A DNA stretch of 59,451 nucleotides from Tubiluchus corallicola (Eukaryota > Animalia > Priapulida). Positions 15,001 to 39,548 of the stretch are shown one piece after another (the first letter of the stretch is position 1; every line of letters starts with the position of its first letter). Both the position numbers and the translations under genes were made by a program. Where the stretch lies: contig JAQGDQ010001147.1 in the NCBI GenBank assembly GCA_030141605.1, positions 1-59,451 of the forward strand, in the 5' to 3' direction. The notes below the pieces were generated by a model. The model had not been told where the DNA came from, did no database searches, and saw nothing but the letters and a program-made list of their open reading frames with translations.

Positions 15001-18000
15001 TCACCCATATTTTTCCATATTCAACAACTTGGCCCCACCTAACCACATACCAAATATTGTCGCCCCAGCTCAAGAACTGTGGGAGCAGATGGATTCATTA
15101 AAAAAAAATAAATGAAGATCCGACCGCTCCGTGACCTTTGACCCGGCTACTCGGGTCACGTGTACACATATAATTTTGGTCAGAGAGTGCATCCTGTGAG
15201 TTTTGTGTCCCTACAACTCAGCGTGTAAAAGGTCACAAATTGGAGGGATCCCAAATTTCACATTTTGACCCCTCACTCGGGAGCTTAAAGCTCGCCAGCT
15301 TTTTAAAGCTCCAGGTGCACACCTGCCCCACAGTACCCAAATACTTGTGGAAAAATTTTGGAAAATAACGAAACCGTTAAGAGTTGAATCATAAAGGAAA
15401 AACTGACCAACGCCCACTGTCCAGTGGTCAGCGGTTGCTATATAATTGTATGTCCCCCACCCATGGCTACAAACCCTGCGAGTCTGGTAACCCTAGGTTG
15501 CAAGACCTGCGAGTTATTAAGCGTTAAAGTGGCGGAGAATAAATAATAAATCACAACTCAAGGATGAACAGTAAGATTTTGTCATATTGTGGAAGTTGGA
15601 ATTGTACATTGTAATTAGGTGCTACCATCTATGTGCTAATCCTGTTACATTCTACCAGCTGACTTACCTTCAGTATACTTGTATGGTCCAGTGACTACAT
15701 ACACACTGGTCCTCTCCCTATCTAAAATTAATGGTTGTTGTGAAGCCTGTGCAAGTCTGCATAGGTCAAGTTCTATACCTGTAAAACAGGTTTTACTGAC
15801 TGTTTTTGCTTTCTAGTTTTTGCTCAATGTTCAGTGCAGCAGTTTTTGCTACTCATGATTTCTGTAGTTTAATAAACACTTTTCTGTTGTGTGCAGTGCA
15901 AATATTTATTACAGATTTTTGGTTCCTATTCATATTTCTCTGTGCCTAAACTCAATCATAACAAAGTGACTGAACAACAGCTTCAAAAATGACTTTCACA
16001 ATCTTAATAAGAAACTAGGTATACTTACAGGGAGCCACCAAATGGATTTAACCTGCCATTATCGTCAGTTTTTGGATATGCATGACAGGTATTATTATAT
16101 GTACATATCTGTGTTTGCAGCCATGAACCCAATCCTGCCGAAGGCATAGCTTTAGAATCAAAGTGACCTAAAAATAGAACATAATATGTATATACAAATA
16201 CACCATAATAGATAGATATTTGCATTGTTAAAGTAGTCTTATCTATCAGTAATGCTACAACTAATAAATTTTAACATTTTAGAAAGGCATGGTCAGTTTA
16301 GAGGGCCAAGTAAACCAGTATTAAAAGATGCGCCTGATATTTCTGGGAAAATATTTTTGACAAACTTAGTAGTTGTTGCAGGTACAAATGTTTTGGTCCA
16401 TTACCCCTTCCCAACGTAGTATATGGATTAGAAGCCACAATATATTAGAATGTAGTTCAACAAGCTAGACTACTTTTTCTACTATGACAATGTATAGGTG
16501 GAACTTGGTATGTACACGTCTCTGTTACATTTAAAATTTGACTTATAATTATACTGCTACCTTTTACTGACATTCTGGCTTTTTCTCGACTCAATATTGG
16601 ACCAACAATGTATGTATGCATTTTAGCTTTTTAGTGTAACGTAGTAATCTGTTGCACTTATTTTCTAGCACTTATTTCAGTAGTTTCTTAGAGGTAGTAA
16701 TTGTAGATTATAGAAAAGTTGTATTTTGCAGAATAAACTAACATAGATATGGGAACGCAACTTTGGCCTGAGAGTATACATTACAGTAGTTATGAAAGTA
16801 TTGTTACAGAAATCACTTTACTGTAGGAAAAGCATAAGAAGTACAGAAAGCCTTTATGATTGGGTCATGCAATTAGCAATACGCTAACAACTCTAGCACA
16901 TCTTTGCTACATTCATACCGTCCTGTAATACAAAGCTTCAATTGGCAATTCATTAATATATTTGATAAAAGGTAACAAAAACAACTAACACGTGACAATG
17001 CCTAGTGCACTTTCAAAAAAACTTGCTGTCAGTTGCTGACCTTCAAATGAACACAACTACATTTAGCTTATTCATTATGAAGGAATTTGTTGTACGAATG
17101 CTAAGTAAGTTTCATTTCGATCAAACTTTGCCTCTAGCGAATTTGTGGTAATTTCATTACTGAAGAAAATATTTGTTTGAAAGAGATAAATGAAATACAC
17201 CATACTGCGCAACCTGGTTAACAAAATTTAAGTACTGCACAGTATTGTTAACCATGCCATTTTGTCACATATGGTCTTAACACAAAGCGATAATAAAAGT
17301 GAAAACAATTTACAGTGGAACATCTGTTTTTTTTTCGTAAAGATGCTCATAAGATATGATGATCTAATGTTAATATTCCTGCATCAGACTTTCTCAATCA
17401 AGAACATATATGTACTCTCAATTACGCCGAACAAATATGAAATCAAATATGAATTCATGGGTAAATAACATTGCTTTTGATTTCATCAATACACATAAAA
17501 ATTTGAGCAGTATTTTCAGGATTCACAATAGAATTAAGAAAGATACAATATGGACATGCATATGGATGTTGCAAATCTTTTATTCAAAAAAAAAATTGTG
17601 TTGATACTCACAGTTGGTGTAGAAGAACTTTAGGTCGTCCTCTTTGGCTATTTTAACCCACACCAGAATAAGGAAAAGGAGCAATGGCCAAACCAGCTCA
17701 ACTGCTAATCTAACCTACAAAAAAACGAAAAATTTAGTTAGAAGTCACTCGCTACCTTACTTGAGTAAATAGATAATTGATACCTAACATATTATATACA
17801 TGAAAATCAGAAAATCAATCAGATGTGAGACCACATTATGTACAGACATTTGTTTTAATAGCATTTTGTTTTTGAATTTAAGGAAAATTAATTACTGTAT
17901 TATGTATCAATAGGACAAAATGATACAAACAAGAAAAACAATTTTTACAAACACATGCAGTGTCATTCTAGGGAAAACAGCTAATGACAAACTTCTGCCC

Positions 18001-18097
18001 ACAAGTCACAACTTGATAGACTTCTACTTACTTTCTGTCTTTTTCTGTGTACATAGTTTTTCCAAAGAAGCAGTCTAAGCTTATCCCAAAACCCCAT
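27..18097 (-). CDS. ABCA1: ABCA1/4/7-like ABC transporter, internally deleted (18 coding exons splice in frame to ~770 aa: TM1 + partial ECD1 fused to TM9-12, NBD2, R2); functional status uncertain
   Basis: Hand-spliced exons: 18097-18032, 17714-17612, 16167-16029, 12987-12848, 11609-11470, 9882-9767, 8825-8681, 6673-6420, 6244-6121, 5729-5554, 5287-5146, 4509-4375, 3770-3667, 3418-3326, 2397-2292, 1674-1537, 636-492, 73-27. All GT-AG, phases consistent, 2313 nt. Motifs [50 protein letters not shown]. Confidence 0.88.
492..636 (-). CDS. ABCA1: ABCA exon with VFVNFA motif
   Basis: CAG acceptor and GTAAGT donor at 491-486; unspliced read-through stops at 472-474. Confidence 0.88.
1105..1453. 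mobile_element. hAT-type MITE, copy 1
   Basis: Imperfect TIRs CATGGCCTATTTCAG / CTGAAATATGCCCTG; 8-bp TSD gctaaagc/actaaagc; homologous to 4680-4976. Confidence 0.85.
1537..1674 (-). CDS. ABCA1: ABCA R2 exon ([12 protein letters not shown]...[13 protein letters not shown])
   Basis: 138 nt, canonical splice sites. Confidence 0.93.
2292..2397 (-). CDS. ABCA1: ABCA R2 exon ([11 protein letters not shown]...FPGAILK)
   Basis: 106 nt, canonical splice sites. Confidence 0.92.
3326..3418 (-). CDS. ABCA1: ABCA exon ([17 protein letters not shown]...QHLKN)
   Basis: 93 nt, canonical splice sites. Confidence 0.95.
3667..3770 (-). CDS. ABCA1: ABCA NBD2 exon, Walker B/H-loop (DEPTTGMDP...LTSH)
   Basis: 104 nt, canonical splice sites. 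Confidence 0.95.
4375..4509 (-). CDS. ABCA1: ABCA NBD2 exon with signature motif ([15 protein letters not shown])
   Basis: 135 nt, canonical splice sites. Confidence 0.95.
4680..4976. mobile_element. hAT-type MITE, copy 2
   Basis: TIRs CAGGACCTATTTCAG / CTGAAATACGCCCTG; perfect 8-bp TSD GACACATG. Confidence 0.88.
5146..5287 (-). CDS. ABCA1: ABCA NBD2 exon with Q-loop (GYCPQFDAL)
   Basis: 142 nt, canonical splice sites. Confidence 0.95.
5554..5729 (-). CDS. ABCA1: ABCA NBD2 exon with Walker A ([23 protein letters not shown])
   Basis: 176 nt, intact Walker A. Confidence 0.95.
6121..6244 (-). CDS. ABCA1: ABCA linker exon ([12 protein letters not shown]...KELTK)
   Basis: 124 nt, EDEDV motif. 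Confidence 0.92.
6420..6673 (-). CDS. ABCA1: ABCA TMD2 exon ([17 protein letters not shown]...[11 protein letters not shown])
   Basis: 254 nt, canonical splice sites. Confidence 0.93.
7202..8181. mobile_element. Tc1/mariner-pogo-type non-autonomous DNA transposon
   Basis: TIRs CAGTAGGCACCGCCTAATAGACTC / GAGTCTATTAAGCGAAGCCTACTG flanked by TA on both sides. Confidence 0.82.
8346..8550. mobile_element. Short hAT-type MITE (AGGGCCGGCCTTA...TAAGGCCGACCCTG)
   Basis: TIRs plus flanking TACGATT(A/G) duplication. Confidence 0.78.
8681..8825 (-). CDS. ABCA1: ABCA TMD2 exon ([32 protein letters not shown])
   Basis: 145 nt, canonical splice sites. Confidence 0.93.
9767..9882 (-). CDS. ABCA1: ABCA TMD2 exon ([39 protein letters not shown])
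   Basis: 116 nt, phase 0 to 2, GTGAGT donor; matches ABCA1 [29 protein letters not shown]. Confidence 0.92.
10055..10196 (-). pseudogene. ABCA1: Stranded, 3'-truncated ABCA exon remnant (end of ECD1: [38 protein letters not shown])
   Basis: Homologous to ABCA1 [33 protein letters not shown]; phase-2 acceptor. Homology stops before the expected QQxPYPCY, and a stop follows at 10016-10018. Confidence 0.8.
10780..11171 (-). mobile_element. LINE ORF2 3' fragment, near-identical to ~21111-21500
   Basis: Encodes DPFSIV...[34 protein letters not shown]; few substitutions versus the upstream copy. Confidence 0.9.
11470..11609 (-). CDS. ABCA1: ABCA coding exon 5 ([20 protein letters not shown]...PFIR)
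   Basis: 140 nt, phase 1 to 0, GTAAGT donor; resembles ABCA1 LKLQDFLVDNETFSGFL segment. Confidence 0.85.
12848..12987 (-). CDS. ABCA1: ABCA coding exon 4 ([13 protein letters not shown]...KGTAKLP)
   Basis: 140 nt, phase 2 to 1, CAG acceptor and GTATGT donor; bridges exons 3 and 5 in frame. Confidence 0.8.
13060..13434 (+). mobile_element. Solo LTR (375 bp)
   Basis: TGTGAAAG...CTTTCACA inverted termini, perfect 5-bp TSD ATACC, internal TATATAAA and AATAAA; homologous to 19549-19926. Confidence 0.88.
13990..15560. repeat. Unclassified interspersed element with internal subrepeats and TGACCTTTGACC motifs
   Basis: Recurrent CCCCTATTTTGCCCC(C)TA and ACCTTTCATTTGATATG blocks; several AGGTCA direct repeats; boundaries approximate. 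Confidence 0.55.
15588..16000 (+). mobile_element. Diverged solo LTR of the same family
   Basis: TGTGGAAG...CTTTCACA ends; shares the TTAGGTGCT(A/G)CCATCTA motif near the 5' end; AATAAA present; TSD imperfect (atatt/atctt). Confidence 0.65.
16029..16167 (-). CDS. ABCA1: ABCA coding exon 3 ([22 protein letters not shown])
   Basis: 139 nt, KAMPSAG ECD1 motif, GTAAGT donor. Confidence 0.93.
17612..17714 (-). CDS. ABCA1: ABCA coding exon 2, TM1 ([21 protein letters not shown])
   Basis: 103 nt, TAG acceptor and GTGAGT donor; ELxWP TM1 motif. Confidence 0.93.
18032..18097 (-). CDS. ABCA1: ABCA coding exon 1 ([22 protein letters not shown])
   Basis: ATG at 18097, 66 nt, GTAAGT donor; ABCA N-terminal LLLWKN motif. 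An acceptor near 18175 implies a non-coding upstream exon. Confidence 0.93.
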
Positions 18098-18547
18098 GGT
18101 GGAGATTCAGTGATGAATGTCTTTGACACTAGTTAGCAAATTCAGATGATCATCTAATCAATGATTTCACAAATCTAAATGATAAAGAAAAAATTTTAAA
18201 AGCCATATAATAAAGTTGAGGTAAGCAGTAGAAATGCTGCATTTTAATAATGCAATTATTACCTACAATTAGTTTCCCTTTTTGATGTAATGATATGTTA
18301 CATATAAAATTCTAAACAATATATTAAATACATACTGCTTAAAGGGTAGTTTTAGTAACATCATGTTTCTTGAATATATAAGCAAGCACCTATGGCTTTT
18401 CCAGCAAAAGTTTTAGGCTTGCAAGGAGACTGAACAAAACCGTGGAAGGAGACAAAAATAATATCTGACGTGATTTAGAACAAAATTCTTTGGCTGATTT
18501 TTCAGAATAACTGCAACTCTGAAAAACGGTTTTCTACTAGCAGTTCT

Positions 18548-19203
18548 TTCTTCATCGAACGATTTAATACATCTAAGGGTCAAAGGTCGTTAAAATATCA
18601 GGGATCAGTATTATGGAACTCCCTACCTGATCATATATCTTCTTTACCACCTGCATTCACGAAATAAACAGTACACTAAGGCACTTCTTGAATCTTACGT
18701 ATAAATCAATTTTTTGTTTATTAGATGTACATTCTTGTGGTAATTTTTGCTGAAAATTAATTTTTTTATAAGGTGCAAACTCACTTTCTATAATGTAAAA
18801 TAATGAACATGCTACTTATATTACAGGCAACACAGTCAGCAAAATGGACATAATGATTTGGCTCAGAAACAATTGTGAAGTATTTTCAATGCTTAGTAGT
18901 TTATAAATTTGTTTATGAAACCATGGTTTTTGGTTTTTGATTTTTGATTTTTGTTGTTTTTGCTGTTGTTGTATTTTTGTTTTTGTTTTTTGTATTTCTG
19001 GACGTTTATGTATTTTTTAATAGTTACCATCTGCTATCATTAGCATCTTTTTGTTTACTGTCTTTTTGAGAAGGGTGGTTGACTCGATAACCTTTGGTTT
19101 TTCGCCACCCTTTCTCCCATGTTCGTTTGTATTTTTGTGTATTTTATTTTACTCTTACTCTTACTCTTACTATTACTATATTGGTGATATATGAATAAAT
19201 AAG
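18548..19203 (+). mobile_element. Degraded CR1/L2-group (Crack-like) LINE 3' end
   Basis: Encodes ERFNTSKGQRSLKYQGSVLWNSLP; 3' stem-loop GAGAAGGGTGG...CCACCCTTTCTC and AATAAA at the end. Confidence 0.6.
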
Positions 19204-19548
19204 GTTGCCAAATGTCCCCATTTTCTCTGATCATCGTAACTTTTAAACTATTGTCCTGGCATTCCTCTGCTTTCTAAAATGTCTGGTATTTTTGCTCTCG
19301 TTCTCTCGAAAATGTTTTCAAAATTTAAACAGCACAAAATAGACTAGGCATGTTCTTTCCAGCTTCATTGCTGCTTATGTCATATGCTACGTACATTGCA
19401 TTTTCGCAAGACGCTCTCTGATTTGCAGAACAACCGTCTTTTGTATCTTAGCCATATAAGCTTGGAGATTCTGGGTTAGAAATTCTAGTTGGCCCACAAT
19501 TTTTCTGTGCTGCTTTCTTCACTTAATTAGTCATTAGTTAATTAATTG

Positions 19549-19926
19549 TGTGAAAGATATTTGTGAAGTCGAAATTGAACACTGGTATAAACAACTAAAC
19601 ACAAGATTAAATATTTGCACAAACTAAAACACTTTTATTGCACTACATAGTTATATGTAACATGACTGCTACACTGAGGACCAGCGTGTCCTGCAGTGAT
19701 CACGAATGAGTAGACAGTGGCTAGAAGTGGAATCTAGCCAGTTTATATATGTAAAGAACTATGCAAAAACATGGCTTCACATATCCCATTACAGTATATT
19801 AGGGGAGATACAGTTTGAATATTCATTGGACCATACAATTGCATTAAGGGGTGAATTGAACTAGTAAATGTTAAAGTAACGAATCAATAGATGGCAGCTC
19901 CTAAATATACAGTTACAACTTTCACA
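19549..19926 (-). mobile_element. Solo LTR (378 bp), inverted relative to the 13060 copy
   Basis: TGTGAAAG...CTTTCACA termini, perfect 5-bp TSD AATTG. Confidence 0.88.
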
Positions 19927-20659
19927 AATTGTTAGAAGCGTGATATCTTTCTTAACATGTGTGTGTCTACAATAAAATCAAAATGGGTGAAGCTATAATC
20001 ATCAAACTTATAACAGAGATAGATCTGGGAGGAACTGGGAAGCCATTTGATTTTGGACTCGTGATCAGTGGTCAATGATTGAAAAGTACCTGTTAAATCA
20101 AAACTGATGAAGTCTGCTACCGAAAATAATCAGTAAAGTACTATAGTTTATATCTTAAGGACCTTTTGAAATATAAAATGTATGTGTATCTCGAGTGATT
20201 TATTTTACAAAGTGTAATGGCCATAAACGCCCTAATGTTTTATGCATAATAAAACATGTTTGCACCCTGAGGTAATGATAAATTATTAGTTACTAGCAAG
20301 ACCGTCTGTGATCAGCAAAATAAACAACAAGCATCATTTACAAGAACAAATAATTATGTTGCCGTAAAGCGAGTAAATGAGCAACAAACTTACCACTTTA
20401 ATAACACATTCTTACTCATTCTATTCGCACATAATGTCAATGGTGTGGTAATAATGTGTGTTAAATAACAAAATGGCGTGAATTGCATGCACTAGAAAAC
20501 TTACTCTAGTAACCTTTAGACTGCTACAGTACTAAATGCACAACAAAAGTGACGCAGGCAAATATAGACTTTGTTCAGTATGTACCACCTAGATATTGGC
20601 TCTGCATTTTATATATTTTTGTTTGTGTAGACTAACACAGCAACATACTTAGATAAGAA

Positions 20660-20661
<2 letters not shown>

Positions 20662-20697
<36 letters not shown>

Positions 20698-20815
20698 CGT
20701 GTGCGTGTGCGTGTGCGTGCGCGTGCGTGTGCACGTGCGTGCGTGTATGTGTGTGCGTGCGTGCGTGCGTGTATGTGCGTGCGTGCGTGCGTGCGTGTGT
20801 GCGTTTGTACGTGTG
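20662..20815. repeat. (GT)n/(GCGT)n microsatellite
   Basis: Direct inspection. Confidence 0.95.
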
Positions 20816-20884
20816 TTTATTGACTGATTAAGAGACAGTCGAACATGATATTTTGGTTCAGTCCATAGATCACTACAAAAAAGG

Positions 20885-22234
20885 ACTTTTGATCATATAA
20901 CATGATCATTACTGTCCAAAAACAGCTCAAGGGTTATTTACAAGTTCACGATAAACACTTTTGATCACATAACATGATCATTACTGTCCAAAAATCGCAA
21001 AGAGTTATTTACAAATTCACAATATGACATTGAGTTTCCATTGAAAAATTCATGCAGATCGTTGAAGCTCAGTTCAGTGTTATCTTCACGAAGGTGATTC
21101 GTAAGTGGACAAAAACAGATAACTTGCTCTTCTGTTTGAACGTTTAAACCAGGACAGGAGCATAGCCTGTCTTCTCTTTTTATTCTTGCCCATCTTCGAG
21201 TCTCAGTAGCTAGGTTATGTGAGGAGAGGCGTAACCGAGATGTTTTAATCCTATGGAGCTCATTTACTTTAACACTATGCATTGCACTGACAGACAGTTT
21301 GGGATTCAGACAGAGATAGGTGCACAGTTTAGTTCTTTCGGAATCCCTGATACCTTGTTTTGTGTTTTCGAAGTCGTCAGAGATAACATCCGTTTTACGA
21401 AGGATAGCTTTCACATATTGTACACATGGTGTATTCCTTTCCGAGCACAAATTCCATACGATTGAAAATGGGTCATCGGGCTCGTTGGCTCTCGATTCGA
21501 TTATTCGTTTAAAGAACCTTGATTGAACGTTTTGAACGAACGCTTTGGCAGAAGGTAATCCTAGTTCAACTAAACACAAGTCATTAGCGGTTGTCTTCCT
21601 GACGCCAAGCAATGCTTTAATCACAGAATTGTACATCACATTTATCGGTTTAAGATTGCCAGTCAACCAAGATTCACAGCTGTAGAGAATAGATGATAGC
21701 AGGGCCGCGTCCATCACTGTTTTCTTAACCCAGAATGGGAATAGTGAGTTTTTGTTCACAAATGATACATATTTAAGAACATGGGTACACTTTTCTTCGC
21801 AATGTTCTTCCAATGAGGGCTGTAACTTTCCTGAAGCACTGAACACAGATCCGACATATACGTAATACTCACATATCCTAATTACTATGTTCTCGCGGAT
21901 GATAACCCTTTTATCGCTTTCATTACCGTTAATAACCATAAATTTGGTTTTAGATTCGTTAATTACCATTCCTGACTCACGACAGAAATCTTCAAGGATT
22001 CCTATCTTTTCCAGAAGCCCTTTGCTTGTTGTCGATAGGATAACAGTATCATCTCTCAATAACAAACAGTGAAACATCCCTAGAAAACCGTCTGGTTTGC
22101 ACTTTTCCTTGAGGTTTCTTATAAGTTTATTAACGTAGAGAGTGAACAGACAACACGAGGAAGGGGATCCTTGCTTAACACCTAAGGTTACACTTAGTGT
22201 AGCAGCTCTTAATACTAATCATATTACTGTACAA
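20885..22234 (-). mobile_element. 5'-truncated non-LTR retrotransposon (RT C-terminal half plus Cys/His domain; RTEX/L2-like, clade uncertain)
   Basis: Open frame GVKQGSPSSCCLFTLYVN...LLLRDDTVILS...INESKTKFM...YVYVG...RLSSHNL..TRRW..RLCSC; stop at 20965-20967; 3' ~60 nt duplicated at 20891-20953. Confidence 0.92.
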
Positions 22235-22363
22235 GGATGATACGGCATCCATGAGCTTTAAGCGAAACTATGAGATCGTGCCTGGGGACACGATCACATG
22301 CCTTGGAAACGTCAACGAACAGCACAAACAGTTTAACTATTAACATAATCAAACACCGAAAAT

Positions 22364-22622
<259 letters not shown>

Positions 22623-22962
22623 CCTTATCCCCTCTCTTTCAAGTACTAATGTCGTATTATTGTTACTTAACTACACTTAACTACGTGTGAATTGTAAATT
22701 AGAGCCTATCTATGCAAGAAGTTGCGTTTATTGACAAACTTGTACTAGTGTCTTGTGATTCTACTCAGATACATACAAATGTGTTTATGCCAGCTAATAA
22801 ACAAACATGGTCAGTTAACAAGCACATATTCTGATCAGTTTTATGTATGTATCTTATCCTGTAGCTACAGTTCGTCTTAATCAAATTAATAAGTCTGCTT
22901 TAAGTGGGTGAAGAATTTCAATGTTTCAATACCTGTGAAGAGGAATAGTTAATATAGAAACC

Positions 22963-36960
<13,998 letters not shown>

Positions 36961-38314
36961 CCAGGTCATCATCACCATAGCAACACTGTCATGTCTGTGT
37001 AGCACCAGTGACGTAAATCTATTAAGGCGTAGAATAATATGAAAACAAAAAAGCTAAAACATTTTGAAGAGTAGAGTGTCTGCAACCAGCGGAGAGAAAA
37101 TCAGATGATAATGATGATGACGACGACGATGACGGTGATGATGAAAATGATGATGATGACGACGATGACGATAACGATGATGATCACGACGACGACAATG
37201 ATGATGACGATAACAATGACGATGACAATGACAATGACGAACAGAATGGTGATGATGATGATCATCATCATGACGACGATGACGATGACGGTGATGACGA
37301 CGACGATGATGATGACGATAACAATTACGATGACAATGACAATGACGAACAGAAAGGTGATGATGATGATCATCATCATGACGATGATGACGATGACGGT
37401 GATGACGATGACGATGATAACGACGACGATGACGATGACGATGACGACGACGGCGACGACGATGAATGATGATGATGATGATGATGACGGCGATGACGAC
37501 GACGACGATGATGATGATGTTGGCGATAACAATGACGATGACAGGGACAATGACGAACACAAAGATGATGATGATGATGATGGCGATAATGATGATGATG
37601 GCGATGATGACGACGACGACGAAATTCTACTGCTGTAGTTATTTATTAAAAAATATTGCACCACGTTTTTCAGAAGAGAACTTTAATCACATTTCTTAAC
37701 AAATATATTTATTTCGTTTCATAAATCGTTTTCTATTTACTTTTAAATACAATTTTTTAGAATAAACTTGAAGTCTTTTGTTACTTGATTTTGCTGGTTT
37801 TTCAGAGCTCAAAATGGGTCACAAATCTCGATCCACCACAACACACTAGCAATCAACACTACCATATATATGGGAAGTCCCGCACGTACAGGCGGACTGA
37901 CCAGCACCGACCAAGGCTTGACCAAGTCCACAACCTGGATTAAACTTGACTCAGTTCAATATTACATAAAATTAAATATAGGTGGCAGCACATGTTAAAT
38001 TATTATTGTAGTAATTTTAATTAAGAAGCACAAGTGAAAATGTGCGACATTGGTGAAATGCAGACAAATGAAAATGTACGAAAAAAAAATGCTAGCAAAT
38101 CCAGAAAATTATACTTATGATAATTTTGACAAAGATTGACACTTTTCTTCAAGAAGAATGACGTCATTGGAAGAAAAATTGGCGTTCAAAACGGGAGCGC
38201 TTAATCATGAAGTGATCGCGACTTTAAAATGATTTAAAATGAGGCGCTTATTGCAGATTTATTACTAAATCCTTCTAACATTTTTTGCAATCATAGAAAT
38301 AATCATCTAATAGC

Positions 38315-39548
<1,234 letters not shown>

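Noticed and set aside
37054-37699. His/Arg-rich and poly-Met/Asp ORFs
   Set aside because: (GAT/GAC)n microsatellite open in several frames.
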